A DNA stretch of 64,000 bases, taken from the NCBI GenBank assembly GCA_017457005.1, contig JAFTII010000031.1, forward strand, positions 746-64,745. The letters run 5' to 3'. The translations under genes and the position numbers were made by a program. Below the pieces are notes generated by a model, which saw only the letters and a list, made by a program, of their open reading frames with translations, had not been told where the DNA came from and searched no databases. Position 1 is the first letter of the stretch. Each line of letters begins with the position of its first letter. Below are positions 37,564-48,286 of this stretch, in pieces. The stretch comes from Alphaproteobacteria bacterium. Lineage in GTDB: Bacteria; Pseudomonadota; Alphaproteobacteria; RF32; CAG-239.

Positions 37564-38329
37564 TAGGGATATCCGGAAATAATTTATTGGCTACATTTTG
37601 ATAATGCTCATTCCATTTGCTGACTAAAAATCTATAAGACCTCTCGCGACTTAAAGTAATATCTATCTCAATATGGCGATCCAGATAATTTGCCAGCTTT
37701 GCGCCCATAAATTCATCTTGAGAAACAACCTCAACATCCGGCAATTCTTGACGAAAATAGTTCTTTAATAACGGATAGTGGGTGCAGCCTAAAATTAAAG
37801 AATCAACATCCGTAAAATTTGGCGCATAACTTTTGACTAATTGTTCGGCTCTACAAAAATCATCTTTTTCAATTGCTTGCACAAATTCAGGTGTTGCGAC
37901 CTCTTTTACTTCTAAATCAGGATTTATTTTTAATAATTCCTGCTTATATATATGAGAACGAATCGTGGCTCCGGTTGCGACAACACCGACTTTTTTGGCT
38001 CCCGATAACAATGCTGTTTCTACCGTTGGAATAACAACTCCGAGAACTTTAATATCCGGCGCAAACTCAGGAATAAACCTCTGTTGTATGTATCTTAAGG
38101 CTATAGAAGTTGCTGTATTGCATGCTATTATTATTAAACCGCATTTTTGGGAAATTAAAAACTTAACAGCGTCTATCGTATAACTTAGAATTTGAGCAGA
38201 GCTTTTTTCTCCGTAAGGCAGATTAGCTGTATCTCCATAATAAACATAGTCATATTCCGGAAGAGTTTCTATAAAAGATTTGGTTATAACCAATCCTCCC
38301 AAACCGGAATCAAAAACACCTATTCTCAT
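37538..38329 (-). CDS. murI: Glutamate racemase
   Basis: MRIGVFDSGLGGL N-terminus and a CNTAT-like block; 263 aa. Confidence 0.8.
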   Translation of the reverse strand: MRIGVFDSGLGGLVITKSFIETLPEYDYVYYGDTANLPYGEKSSAQILSYTIDAVKFLISQKCGLIIIACNTATSIALRYIQQRFIPEFAPDIKVLGVVIPTVETALLSGAKKVGVVATGATIRSHIYKQELLKINPDLEVKEVATPEFVQAIEKDDFCRAEQLVKSYAPNFTDVDSLILGCTHYPLLKNYFRQELPDVEVVSQDEFMGAKLANYLDRHIEIDITLSRERSYRFLVSKWNEHYQNVANKLFPDIPIEETKKNG

Positions 38330-38370
38330 GCTTGTTCTTTAAGATGAAAAATCGCATATACGAGTTATAA

Positions 38371-38446
38371 TGGTGGGTGTGGCTGGGATCGAACCAGCGA
38401 CCCCTACGATGTCAACGTAGTGCTCATACCACTGAGCTACACACCC
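38371..38446 (-). tRNA. tRNA-Val (anticodon GAC)
   Basis: Reverse complement GGGTGTGTAGCTCAGTGGTATGAGCACTACGTTGACATCGTAGGGGTCGCTGGTTCGATCCCAGCCACACCCACCA; anticodon loop TTGACAT. Confidence 0.85.
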
Positions 38447-38569
38447 TGTTATGACATTGCTTTTACTATAGAGATTTTGCTTTGGCAAGTGTTTTTATAA
38501 GTAAGTTAGTGAATATTTAAGCTTTTATTGGTATAATTTTGTTGTTTATTCCAATAAATCCGGTGGTGT

Positions 38570-39460
38570 ATGGTGAGTGATAAAAAATTAGACTTTAAAA
38601 TTGATTATCGTAACTTGAAAATTTTTGAAGAGTTTAATTCTCGTGATCCAAAGTTTCCGATTGTGTTGTCATCTCCTCACAGTGGGACTCTGTTTCCTGC
38701 CGAATTTTTAGAAAATGTGGCGATATCTAAAGATGAGCTGAGGTCGTCCGAAGACAGTTTTGTATCTGAAATCATTATGAATGCGTCAAACGCCGGGATC
38801 CCTCTGATAAGCATGAATATTCCTCGTACTTTTATTGATGTAAACAGGGACAAAATAGAGCTGGACGAATCGATGTTCAGTAATCCTCCTACAGACAACG
38901 GGACATCAACTTGCCGCAGATGTCGTGTCGGATTAGGTATTTTTCATAGAGTTGTGTATCCTAACAAAAATATATATGACGGACTTCTTTCTTATGAAGA
39001 AGGAATGGAACGGATTAAAAACGTATATGACCCTTATCATAAAAGATTAAAACAATTAGTTGATAAATGTACACGCAAATTCGGATTTTGTTTATTAATT
39101 GACTGCCACTCAATGCCATCTATGATTTGTAATATCATGAATGAAGAAAAAGCTTTAGATTTTTGTTTATGCACTTTATTTGATGAAAGTTGTCCTACTC
39201 AAATGTCTGAATTTTTAAGCAAATCCTTAGAAAAATATAAATACCGGGTAGATTTTAATCGCCCTTATGCCGGTGCGTACATAACATTTAATTACTGTCA
39301 GCCGAGAAAAAACATATACACCTTACAATTAGAAATTAATCGCGGCTTATATATGAATGAAAACAACTTTACAAAAAAAGAGGTTTTTCAAAGCGTTAGC
39401 AATAATATATGCCAAAGCATTTTAGATTTGGGAAAATTTTTGCTGGATTTTAAAAAATAA
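38570..39460 (+). CDS. N-formylglutamate amidohydrolase (FGase) family protein
   Basis: IVLSSPHSGTLFP matches the FGase S-x-PH-x-G N-terminal motif. Confidence 0.5.
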   Translation: MVSDKKLDFKIDYRNLKIFEEFNSRDPKFPIVLSSPHSGTLFPAEFLENVAISKDELRSSEDSFVSEIIMNASNAGIPLISMNIPRTFIDVNRDKIELDESMFSNPPTDNGTSTCRRCRVGLGIFHRVVYPNKNIYDGLLSYEEGMERIKNVYDPYHKRLKQLVDKCTRKFGFCLLIDCHSMPSMICNIMNEEKALDFCLCTLFDESCPTQMSEFLSKSLEKYKYRVDFNRPYAGAYITFNYCQPRKNIYTLQLEINRGLYMNENNFTKKEVFQSVSNNICQSILDLGKFLLDFKK

Positions 39461-39657
39461 TTGTGTTATAAGCCCATCTTGTTTTGAATTTATTTGTTAA
39501 TATTTATAACAAATAATGGGGTTTTGTTCGGCTTTATGCTCCACAAAATCTATGGATAACCAACCTTAGACTATTTTTTGTTTTGCCGCGTAGCAAGTTG
39601 AAATTGGCACATTTATTGCATCGGGATACTTGTTGGCTGGTCTAAGGGAGCAGAGGG

Positions 39658-40401
39658 ATGCGACTTATCGTATCATTAAATTTAATGTTTTTGTTAATAT
39701 TGCTGATGTTTATTCAGCCAGTACAAGCTCGGGCTTACACAGAATTTAGGGATGATGCTCTGGTTTGTATGAAAGCAACACAAAAATTTGAAGAAAAATA
39801 TCAAATAAAAGAACACTTACTTAGCACTATTGCAAATGTTGAAACAGGACGTTGGAATGAAAAACACCAACAAAAGCTTGCTTGGCCTTGGACAATTAAT
39901 GCTCAAGGCAAAGGAAAGTTTTTTAAAACTAAAGCTGAAGCCGTTCGTGAAATTAAACGTTTGCAAAAGGCCGGCGTGAAAAGTATAGATGTCGGTTGTA
40001 TGCAAATAAATTTAGCATACCACCCTAAAGCTTTTAAAAGCATAGAAGATGCTTTGGATCCGCATAAAAATGTTGAATACGGGGCCAGATTCTTGAAATC
40101 ATTGTATAAAAGAAAAGGCAACAATTGGATAAAAGCTGCTACTGCTTATCACTCCAGTGTTCCTAAAAAAGCAAAAGTATATAAGAAAAAACTGGTAAAT
40201 ACATACGCAAGTATAAAACAGGCTCTAAACAATTCTCGCAATACTTTCAGAAAAACAGAGCAAAAAACTGTCAAAACACTTGCAACCAAACATGCCTATG
40301 ATAAAAACAAACTAATAATTGAGCAAAAAATTGCAACAAAGGCAAATGCTTGGCGACAATCTAAACTTCAAGAATATCGCAATAGCAAGGTCTCTAATTA
40401 G
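39658..40401 (+). CDS. SLT-domain lytic transglycosylase (VirB1 / R64 PilT-like peptidoglycan hydrolase)
   Basis: Signal peptide; catalytic ANVETG (ES motif), GCMQIN and AYHS motifs of lysozyme-like SLT domains. Confidence 0.6.
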   Translation: MRLIVSLNLMFLLILLMFIQPVQARAYTEFRDDALVCMKATQKFEEKYQIKEHLLSTIANVETGRWNEKHQQKLAWPWTINAQGKGKFFKTKAEAVREIKRLQKAGVKSIDVGCMQINLAYHPKAFKSIEDALDPHKNVEYGARFLKSLYKRKGNNWIKAATAYHSSVPKKAKVYKKKLVNTYASIKQALNNSRNTFRKTEQKTVKTLATKHAYDKNKLIIEQKIATKANAWRQSKLQEYRNSKVSN

Positions 40402-40413
40402 TTAAGAGGTATT

Positions 40414-41925
40414 ATGGCTGATTTTTTATCTGAAGATGGTCTATATTGGCGTCCTTTGGGAGGCAACAATATAGACCAAATCAGCGGGCATTGTTACCAA
40501 TATACAGATACAAAATGCACATCTTCCGGATTTGTTACATCAACGATAATTGTAGATATCGGTAAATTTGACAACCACCAAGCTCTCGGAATCAAAAATT
40601 CTGTCGCAGCAGTTCCAGATATTAGAGAATTGTTGGCGTTGTTTAGTCCGTTAGGAATATTTTTAACTCACTCTCATCCTGATCACATAAACGGGATTGT
40701 TCATTATATCAATGCCGGATATAGATTTCCGCCATTATACGGCGGGCTATACACCAAACTGGTGTTGGAAGAATTATATAAAGAATTTGGAATATCTGAA
40801 GAAAAGCAGCCTCAATTTATTGTAATCAAAGAAGGCGACATCATAAACTGCGGCAGCTTAAAAGTAGAAATAATTCCATCCTCACATACCTGCCTTGATT
40901 CTTTCGGTTTATTAATAACCAATCATCAAAACATTTGTGTTTACCATACCGGAGATATGAAAACCGATAACAGTACTTATTTCAGACAACCGACGAATTT
41001 AAAACGCTTAAAAGAACTGAAAAATAAGGTTAATTTTGTGGTCGCTGACTTTTATGGCGCAAATAATGACGGTTTGGCGGTCAGAGAGGTTGAGACGTTT
41101 AAAAAACTTTCATTAATTATTTCCCAAAAAGCTCCGAACAAAGTATTTATTCCGGTATATCCTACACACGCTGAAATGTTTATTATCGCATTTTTGGCGG
41201 CTCTAAAGAATAAAAAAAATGTAATATTTTATGGAAACCAAGACTTTTACAGCTACATAAATCTGATTAAACTCAGAGGCATTGATTTTGAGCAAATTGC
41301 CAGAAACAGGATAAAAGTGAGTGTCGGTATTCCTCAGGATATTAGTGAATTTGACAATAATTTTGCGGTTATCGGTACTTTTAACAATATAGGAAATACT
41401 TTTAAAGAAACCCCTACGGATAGTTTGGGTATTATTACCTCTGGAACATTTTTTAATCCCTTGCGCGGTCAGCTTAATGCTCGCAACATACCTTTTACCG
41501 GTGTTGAAGAACACTCTGATTTACAAGGTTGCGGACATAGCTCTTGGGGAGATCTGGAAAAGATAAATACCATTTTAGAAAAGCCTGTATTTATTCCCAC
41601 GCACTGCCCGATATACTTGATAGAAGATTGTAGGCAATTGGCTAAAGAATCGGAACTAAACATTGCCGAACCAACGGCACATAACAATCATTTGTATAAA
41701 TTAAACGAATCGTCTTATAATGAAATATCTTGCAATCCGGCAAGCTGGCTAGTGGTAAATTATATTGCAGGTAAAGCTTTTTTTACGGAAGTTTGGCAAA
41801 GACCGACCTCCGGTTGCGGTTTTTTAAAAAGAACTTTCAGCAAACGCAGATCTTGTAATAATTTTAAAACCATGCTTTATAAAAGAAAAAAGAAGAGAAA
41901 CAGTCATGATAAAAAAATATGTTAA
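40414..41925 (+). CDS. Metallo-beta-lactamase-fold hydrolase (possibly RNase J-like)
   Basis: HSHPDH motif (LTHSHPDHINGI); 503 aa. Confidence 0.5.
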   Translation: MADFLSEDGLYWRPLGGNNIDQISGHCYQYTDTKCTSSGFVTSTIIVDIGKFDNHQALGIKNSVAAVPDIRELLALFSPLGIFLTHSHPDHINGIVHYINAGYRFPPLYGGLYTKLVLEELYKEFGISEEKQPQFIVIKEGDIINCGSLKVEIIPSSHTCLDSFGLLITNHQNICVYHTGDMKTDNSTYFRQPTNLKRLKELKNKVNFVVADFYGANNDGLAVREVETFKKLSLIISQKAPNKVFIPVYPTHAEMFIIAFLAALKNKKNVIFYGNQDFYSYINLIKLRGIDFEQIARNRIKVSVGIPQDISEFDNNFAVIGTFNNIGNTFKETPTDSLGIITSGTFFNPLRGQLNARNIPFTGVEEHSDLQGCGHSSWGDLEKINTILEKPVFIPTHCPIYLIEDCRQLAKESELNIAEPTAHNNHLYKLNESSYNEISCNPASWLVVNYIAGKAFFTEVWQRPTSGCGFLKRTFSKRRSCNNFKTMLYKRKKKRNSHDKKIC

Positions 41926-42640
41926 TGAATATGATATTCGCACTTATGAATGTGATAGGAATAACAATTTACGAATCCTTACCTTACTAAACATATTTCA
42001 AGATATGGCGGATAATCATGCCAAAACAATGGGGTTAGGAATAGATTACGTATTATCCAAAGGCTTGGCTTGGGTCGGCTCAAACTATGTTTTAGATATT
42101 GAGCGCTTGCCGAAAGTTCACGAAAAAATAAAAATTGAAACTTGGCCGGCAGAAGAAAAGAGAGTTGGCGCAATAAGAGATTTTGAAGTTTTTGGAGAAG
42201 ACGGAAAAAGTATTATTCAAGCATCAAGTCAATGGATATTGGTTGACTTCAGAAAAAAACGACCGGTCGGGTTACGGGAAAACCTTCCGGAATATATTAC
42301 CTTGCCAGAAAGAGCATTAAAAACTGATTTTGCAAAAATTCCCGAAGTAGAAAGAATTGATGAAGAAACAAAATTCAGAGTCCGTTTTGATGATATTGAT
42401 ATGAACAAACATGTCAACAATGCCGTATATGCACTATGGGCTTGTGAAGCGGTTGATCCGCTATTCAGATTGGAGCATGATCCCAAACATATTGAAATAG
42501 CTTTCAAAAAAGAAGGACTTATGGGAGAAAAGATCAAAGTATCCACGCAATGCGAAGGATTGCATACTTTTCACAGTATATGCACTTATGATAGTGATAA
42601 CAACCGCGAATTGGCAAGGGCTTATATAGAATGGAAATGA
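41906..42640 (+). CDS. Acyl-ACP thioesterase family (hotdog fold) protein
   Basis: Overall similarity in pattern to FatA-like acyl-ACP thioesterases (N-terminal hotdog with a YECD-type block, second hotdog with a NxHVNN block). Confidence 0.5.
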   Translation: MIKKYVNEYDIRTYECDRNNNLRILTLLNIFQDMADNHAKTMGLGIDYVLSKGLAWVGSNYVLDIERLPKVHEKIKIETWPAEEKRVGAIRDFEVFGEDGKSIIQASSQWILVDFRKKRPVGLRENLPEYITLPERALKTDFAKIPEVERIDEETKFRVRFDDIDMNKHVNNAVYALWACEAVDPLFRLEHDPKHIEIAFKKEGLMGEKIKVSTQCEGLHTFHSICTYDSDNNRELARAYIEWK

Positions 42641-42667
42641 AAAAAGACGGCAGAAAGCCGTCTTTAA

Positions 42668-43165
42668 TTAAAACTTACTTGCAACTTCACGATAAAGCTC
42701 CCAAAGATTCTCCTCCGGATGCTCGGCAATGTATTTGTCCAGCTCATCTAAAATAATTTTACAGCTTTCCGAATCTAAGTAATCCAGAAATGCACCTTGA
42801 TCCGATGAGTATGCAGAGACAAGCCACTCAACAATTTCTCTCGGAGACTTAAGGCCATGCCGTTTTACTAATATTACATGGTGCCGATACTCAAGCACAT
42901 TAACCAATAAGATTAATGTGAAAATGAGTATAACTATCACGCTTCCGTAGAATGCCTCATTGGCTCCGACAAAGAAGCTCACTTCTGCAAAAATGAAGCT
43001 GAGAATAATCAGCACAAGCAACATTACTTTAACTTTTTTGTAAAGTTTCACATCTGTTTTCATAATAATTAGTTTATAGATTAATAATTTAAGAATATTA
43101 ATTGGTAATGCTAAAATAACGTATTTTATAAAAATAGCAAGAACTTTAAAACCAAAGGTGTTCAA
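42668..43165 (-). CDS. Hypothetical membrane protein
   Basis: Multiple hydrophobic segments; no family recognised. Confidence 0.35.
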   Translation of the reverse strand: MNTFGFKVLAIFIKYVILALPINILKLLIYKLIIMKTDVKLYKKVKVMLLVLIILSFIFAEVSFFVGANEAFYGSVIVILIFTLILLVNVLEYRHHVILVKRHGLKSPREIVEWLVSAYSSDQGAFLDYLDSESCKIILDELDKYIAEHPEENLWELYREVASKF

Positions 43166-43709
43166 TTAAAATTTTGCATCCTAACAAAATAAGAATAATA
43201 CCGGCAGTTATCTCCAATAACCGAAATGGTATGTTCTTAAAGATATAACAAAGATTAAACCCTATTATTGACGACAAAAATGCAACAATTCCTATTATTG
43301 CCGATGAATCGTATATTGCCGTATCAGTAAAGAATAACATTGTTCCGCTTACAAAAGCATCTATTGATGTTGCCAACCCGATAAGAATCAAATGTTTCAA
43401 TTTAAGTTCTCGGTACAACTTATCATGTCCGTTTTCTGAACTTAAAGCATCTTGTATAATTTTTATTCCTAACGCAAGGAACACCAAAAAAGCAATCCAG
43501 TGATCTATTTGTTCTATGTATCGGTATATATTTTCTGTCCCGAACCAACCTAAAATAGGCAAAAGGAATTGCCCTAAACCAACAGATAAAGCTATTTTTA
43601 GAGATGTTTTACACCTGTTTTTTGATACCACCAACCCATAAGAAAAAGAAACGATAAAAGCATCAACCGCTAATGCGAGGGCCAGAATAATAACTTCAGC
43701 AAACGTCAT
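43146..43709 (-). CDS. mntP: Manganese efflux pump MntP family
   Basis: 187 aa. Duplicated DAF-containing TM repeats (LALAVDAFIVSF ... ATSIDAFVSG) as in MntP/DUF204. Confidence 0.65.
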   Translation of the reverse strand: MTFAEVIILALALAVDAFIVSFSYGLVVSKNRCKTSLKIALSVGLGQFLLPILGWFGTENIYRYIEQIDHWIAFLVFLALGIKIIQDALSSENGHDKLYRELKLKHLILIGLATSIDAFVSGTMLFFTDTAIYDSSAIIGIVAFLSSIIGFNLCYIFKNIPFRLLEITAGIILILLGCKILIEHLWF

Positions 43710-43775
43710 AAACGTTCTCCTTTATTGTATTTTTTATTTTTATGTTATAATATCCTAATCTGAAAAGAGGTATTT

Positions 43776-44504
43776 ATGACAGATTATAGCGAAGATTATT
43801 TATTAGACAAGCGGATTAAAATGTTTCAACCGCAGGACGGATATCGTGCCTCAAGTGATGCAGTACTTTTAGCGGCTGCCGCGCATAGAATATCTGCCCA
43901 AGATAAAATTTTGGATGTCGGATCCGGTACGGGGGCAATAAGCTTATGTATTGCCGAGCGTTTCAAACATCTTTCGCCCCAAATAACCGGAATTGAACTC
44001 CAATCAGAGTTGGCAAATTTAGCAAATTTAAGCGCTCATGCAAACGGATTTAAAAACTTAAATTATATAAATGCTGATATTTTTAATTCCGGATTGGATT
44101 TCTGTTCTTTTAATCATGTGTTTTCTAATCCTCCTTATTTTACACCCAATATGCCGACCTCACCGCTTAAAGGTAAAGCAACCGCCCATACATTTACATC
44201 CTCAAACATTGAAGATTGGATTACCCTTTGTATAAAAATGCTTTGTCCACACGGTTACTTTTATATGATTAACCGTGCAGAAGCCTTAAAAGATATTATA
44301 AAAGTCACAGAAAATCGTTTGGGTGAAATTTGTATTTTTCCGGTGTATTCTAAGAAAGAACAAAATGCCAAAAGAATTATTATCAGAGCAAGAAAAGATT
44401 CTAAAGCGCCTTTGCAAATTATGCCTCCTTTACAGATTCATGATGACAATGGCGAATATACCGCAAAAGCACAAGAAATATTACGTAAAGGTTTGGCAAT
44501 CTAA
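43776..44504 (+). CDS. SAM-dependent methyltransferase of the tRNA1(Val) m6A37 (TrmN6/YfiC) type
   Basis: GSGTGAISL SAM-binding motif and NPPYF catalytic motif. Confidence 0.55.
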   Translation: MTDYSEDYLLDKRIKMFQPQDGYRASSDAVLLAAAAHRISAQDKILDVGSGTGAISLCIAERFKHLSPQITGIELQSELANLANLSAHANGFKNLNYINADIFNSGLDFCSFNHVFSNPPYFTPNMPTSPLKGKATAHTFTSSNIEDWITLCIKMLCPHGYFYMINRAEALKDIIKVTENRLGEICIFPVYSKKEQNAKRIIIRARKDSKAPLQIMPPLQIHDDNGEYTAKAQEILRKGLAI

Positions 44505-44609
44505 ATTTTTGTTGACAGTTTCAGAATAAAACTTTATAAACAGGTTTGTCCGAGGACCTTAGTCTTTTAGCTAAGGCTTTAAATAACAATAATTAACCGG
44601 AGAAAAATA

Positions 44610-44744
44610 ATGAAACGTACCTATCAACCAAGTAAACTGGTTAGAGCTCGTCGTCATGGTTTCCGTACTCGTATGGCAACCGCAGGCGGTCGTAAAGTTT
44701 TGGCTGCCCGTAGAGCAAGAGGCCGTAAAAAAATCTCGGCCTAA
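44610..44744 (+). CDS. rpmH: 50S ribosomal protein L34
   Basis: 44-aa [47 protein letters not shown]. It is below the ORF-track size cutoff, so I found it by eye. Immediately upstream of rnpA. Confidence 0.9.
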   Translation: MKRTYQPSKLVRARRHGFRTRMATAGGRKVLAARRARGRKKISA

Positions 44745-44747
44745 GAG

Positions 44748-45119
44748 ATGAAAATTTTTATCTTAAAAAAAAGAAAAGATTTTATTAGAGCCGCTCAAGG
44801 AGTTAAGTCGGTCCAGTCCAGCTTAATTTTGCAAGCGGCTCCAAGTTTATCCGCACCCAAAAAAATTGTCTGCGATGATACCTGTTATGTAGGATATACG
44901 GCAACAAAGAAACTAGGCAAAGCACATGTAAGGAATCGGGTTAAACGTCGTTTACGAGCCGCCGTAGCATGTGTATTTTCGTCTCAAGCTTGCGAAAAAA
45001 TTGATTATGTTCTTATCGGAAGATTCAAAACGGCATCAGCTCCTTTTGCAAAAATTATTGAAGACTTACAGAATGCCTTAAATGAAGTAAAGTCACAACT
45101 GACCGAAAAAAATGAGTAA
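44748..45119 (+). CDS. rnpA: RNase P protein component
   Basis: 123 aa basic protein in the conserved rpmH-rnpA-yidD-yidC context, with the RNR-like basic motif KRRLR. Confidence 0.8.
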   Translation: MKIFILKKRKDFIRAAQGVKSVQSSLILQAAPSLSAPKKIVCDDTCYVGYTATKKLGKAHVRNRVKRRLRAAVACVFSSQACEKIDYVLIGRFKTASAPFAKIIEDLQNALNEVKSQLTEKNE

Positions 45120-45124
45120 CGAAC

Positions 45125-45352
45125 ATGAAAAGACTGATGATTGCACTTATCAGATTTTATCAATATTGTATATCACCGATATTACCTAATGTCTGCCGTT
45201 ACAAACCAAGCTGTTCGGAATATTTTATTCAAGCTCTGCAAATCCATGGCGTATGCAAAGGATTTGTTTTAGGGGTTAAACGCTTACTACGCTGTCATCC
45301 GTGGGGAGGTTCAGGATATGATCCGGTTCCTACTAAAAACAATAAAAAATAA
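45125..45352 (+). CDS. yidD: Membrane protein insertion efficiency factor YidD
   Basis: 75 aa, conserved YQ..ISP...C...PSCS.Y block. Confidence 0.8.
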   Translation: MKRLMIALIRFYQYCISPILPNVCRYKPSCSEYFIQALQIHGVCKGFVLGVKRLLRCHPWGGSGYDPVPTKNNKK

Positions 45353-45418
45353 TTTATGTGCTTGCTTTGACTGATAATATGTTTTAAACATAAACAAGTT
45401 ATATTTTGATTTTGGAGA

Positions 45419-47089
45419 TTGCATTTTATGAAAGAAGAAATGAAAGGCTTATACGCCGCTATATTAGCTTCATTAGTCGTTATCTTGCTTGCTAATTGGT
45501 TGTTTCCTAGAAACAATTCGGCAAATCAACAGCAAATACCTGCAGAATCTGTTTCCGTAGAAGTAAAGCCTGAAACCGGTGTTAATAATGAAGAGATATT
45601 AACCGTTGATGAAGCTCTTAATCAAAACGCCAGAATCAAAATATCTAACGACATGTTAAAAGGGTCTTTACGAATTAAAGGCGCCCGTTTTGATGAATTG
45701 TATTTGAAAAAATATAAAGAGAACCTTAATCCTGATAGTCAGGATGTAGAATTGCTGGCGCCTGAGCAAACAGCTAACCCTTATTATTTTGAATTTGGGT
45801 GGGTTTCTGCAAAAGAAGATTTAAAGCTACCTAATGCCGATACAAACTGGAAACACCGCGGAGGAAATTTAACTCCCCAAACCCCGTTAACTTTAGAGTG
45901 GAATAATAACCAAGGGCTAAAATTTATACGTAAAATAACTTTAGATGATAACTATATGTTTAAAATTGAACAAGTTGTTGAAAACAACACTAATCAAAAC
46001 ATATCCCTATACCCTTACGGCTTAATAAACTTAAAACCTCATCACAATGAAAATTCAACAAAAGTTGTTCACGAAGGTTTTGTCGGTGTAATTGACTCTA
46101 CTTTGAAAGAAATAAAACTTCCTAATTTGAAAAAAGATAAAAAACAAGAATTTAAAACTACCGGCGGTTGGATAGGTTTTTCCGATCATTATTGGTTGGG
46201 CGCTTTGATCCTTGATAACAACGTTGAAACCGCTGTTAAGTTTGCTCAAACAGGCGACAATACTTTTCAGGCAGATTTTGTCGGCCAACCTATAGACGTA
46301 GCTGCGGGCAGTGTTGCCACATATAGCACTAATTTCTTTGCCGGAGCAAAAGAAATACGCCTGTTAGACGCTTATACTAAAAAGCTGAATATTGATAAAT
46401 TTGATTTGGCTGTTGATTTTGGCTGGTATTATTTTCTTACTAAGCCGTTCTTTTATATTTTAGATTTTCTATACAGATTTATAGGCAATATGGGATGGGC
46501 AATTTTATTATTTGCAGCTTTATTACGATTAGCAATGTTCCCCATTGCCAACAAATCTTTTGAAAGCATGTCAAAAATGAAAAAAATACAGCCTAAAATC
46601 AAAGAGCTGCAAGAAAAGTTTCAAAATGACAAAGTAAAACTGCAAACAGAAATGATGAATCTTTATAAAAAAGAAAAAATTAATCCTGCTTCAGGATGTC
46701 TGCCTATGCTTATTCAAATTCCTGTATTCTTTTCTTTATATAAAGTTCTGAATATTGCTATTGAGATAAGACATGCTCCATTTATCGGATGGATAAAAGA
46801 TTTATCCGCACCGGATCCGATGACAATATCAAAACTTACACATCTTCCGTTGCCGGCATTTTTGGATATTGGTATTTGGCCTATCTTGATGGGATTAACA
46901 ATGTATATTCAACAAAAATTAAATCCTGCACCGGCAAATAAGGATCAAGCAAGAATGTTTGCATTGATGCCATTGTTGTTTATGTTTATGTTAGGACATT
47001 TTGCGTCCGGTTTGGTTATTTATTGGACACTAAGCAATATCCTTTCAATAATCCAACAACGTGTTATTATGAAAAAAATAGGAGTTTAA
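45419..47089 (+). CDS. yidC: Membrane protein insertase YidC
   Basis: 556 aa. N-terminal TM, large periplasmic domain, C-terminal five-TM core with the conserved block LLFAALLRLAMFPIANKSFESMSKMKKIQPKIKELQEKF. Confidence 0.9.
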   Translation: MHFMKEEMKGLYAAILASLVVILLANWLFPRNNSANQQQIPAESVSVEVKPETGVNNEEILTVDEALNQNARIKISNDMLKGSLRIKGARFDELYLKKYKENLNPDSQDVELLAPEQTANPYYFEFGWVSAKEDLKLPNADTNWKHRGGNLTPQTPLTLEWNNNQGLKFIRKITLDDNYMFKIEQVVENNTNQNISLYPYGLINLKPHHNENSTKVVHEGFVGVIDSTLKEIKLPNLKKDKKQEFKTTGGWIGFSDHYWLGALILDNNVETAVKFAQTGDNTFQADFVGQPIDVAAGSVATYSTNFFAGAKEIRLLDAYTKKLNIDKFDLAVDFGWYYFLTKPFFYILDFLYRFIGNMGWAILLFAALLRLAMFPIANKSFESMSKMKKIQPKIKELQEKFQNDKVKLQTEMMNLYKKEKINPASGCLPMLIQIPVFFSLYKVLNIAIEIRHAPFIGWIKDLSAPDPMTISKLTHLPLPAFLDIGIWPILMGLTMYIQQKLNPAPANKDQARMFALMPLLFMFMLGHFASGLVIYWTLSNILSIIQQRVIMKKIGV

Positions 47090-47090
47090 A

Positions 47091-47732
47091 ATGGATTTTT
47101 TGCCACCTGAATTTTCAGAACAGCAAATCATACTGGCAAACTCTTTATTTGCCGGAAGTTGTGAATTTGTATTGGGGGTTGCAAAATTAGAACAATTGCC
47201 TTTAACAGAAATGCCGGAAGTTGCTTTAGCCGGTAGGTCTAATGTCGGAAAATCAAGTTTAATAAATGCGATAACCAATAAACGTGGACTGGCAAAAACA
47301 TCTAATACTCCGGGAAGAACTCAACAATTAAATTATTTTAATTTAGCAGATAAGATACATATTGTTGATTTGCCGGGATATGGATATGCGCAAGCTCCCG
47401 AACATTTGGTAAAACAGTGGCAAAAGGTTATTTTTGCTTATTTACAAGGCAGGGTTAACCTTAAACGGGTATTGCTATTGATAGATTCTCGCCATGGAAT
47501 TAAGAAAACCGATAAAGAAGTAATGGAAATGCTGGACAAAGCCGCTGTTACTTATCAAATTGTTTTAACAAAAACAGATAAAATTACAAAAGCCGATTTG
47601 GAAAAAGTAAAATCCAGTATTGAAGAAGAAATTACCAAACATGCTGCTGCATATTCTCGTGTTTTGCTGACAAGTTCCGAAAAAAAGACCGGAATTGAAA
47701 TGGTCAGAGCAGAAATAGCTTCACTGATTTAA
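47091..47732 (+). CDS. engB: Ribosome biogenesis GTP-binding protein YihA/EngB
   Basis: G1 motif GRSNVGKSS, G3 DLPGYG, G4 TKTDK. The yidC-engB linkage is typical of Alphaproteobacteria. Confidence 0.85.
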   Translation: MDFLPPEFSEQQIILANSLFAGSCEFVLGVAKLEQLPLTEMPEVALAGRSNVGKSSLINAITNKRGLAKTSNTPGRTQQLNYFNLADKIHIVDLPGYGYAQAPEHLVKQWQKVIFAYLQGRVNLKRVLLLIDSRHGIKKTDKEVMEMLDKAAVTYQIVLTKTDKITKADLEKVKSSIEEEITKHAAAYSRVLLTSSEKKTGIEMVRAEIASLI

Positions 47733-48286
47733 CATATATCTTCCAATATACAACTAAAACTTCTTTTTTGTGGGGAGCATGCGTATGCTCCTATTTTTAT
47801 ACTATCTTCAGCTTGCGGAAAATAAAATATTCTTACACGCTCAAAAGTACTTCCATCTAAAGAAAAAGACAGTGCAAAATCTTGCCCCTTTCTAACTAAT
47901 CTGAACCATAATTCGTTTGGAAGATAATTTAAGGGATAAGTCGCCCAATCAGAATATCCTCCATCTGTAACAATGCTTCCTATTTGCAATTTACGCATAT
48001 CCGTACTAAGCAAGCTTATTTTGGCCCAATTACGATTATCAATACGCATCATCAATCCACATTGGTCGGAAGCAATCATATCTGAAAAACGCCATTTTAC
48101 CGTAGTAACAAAATCACCTTGCTTAGTATTATAAAAAAAATGTCCGTTATCTCTATGTAAATTATATGCGGCGTTTTGCCAAAAATCAGTTTCAGGAACA
48201 GTGTTAATTAACATTCCGTTTTCAACAAAACGAACATTAAGAGGTTCATTATACCAGCAAAAATCCTTTAGTGCATCTAATAACAT
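47729..48286 (-). CDS. DUF1349-like (concanavalin-type beta-sandwich) protein
   Basis: Weak family impression only. Confidence 0.35.
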   Translation of the reverse strand: MLLDALKDFCWYNEPLNVRFVENGMLINTVPETDFWQNAAYNLHRDNGHFFYNTKQGDFVTTVKWRFSDMIASDQCGLMMRIDNRNWAKISLLSTDMRKLQIGSIVTDGGYSDWATYPLNYLPNELWFRLVRKGQDFALSFSLDGSTFERVRIFYFPQAEDSIKIGAYACSPQKRSFSCILEDIC

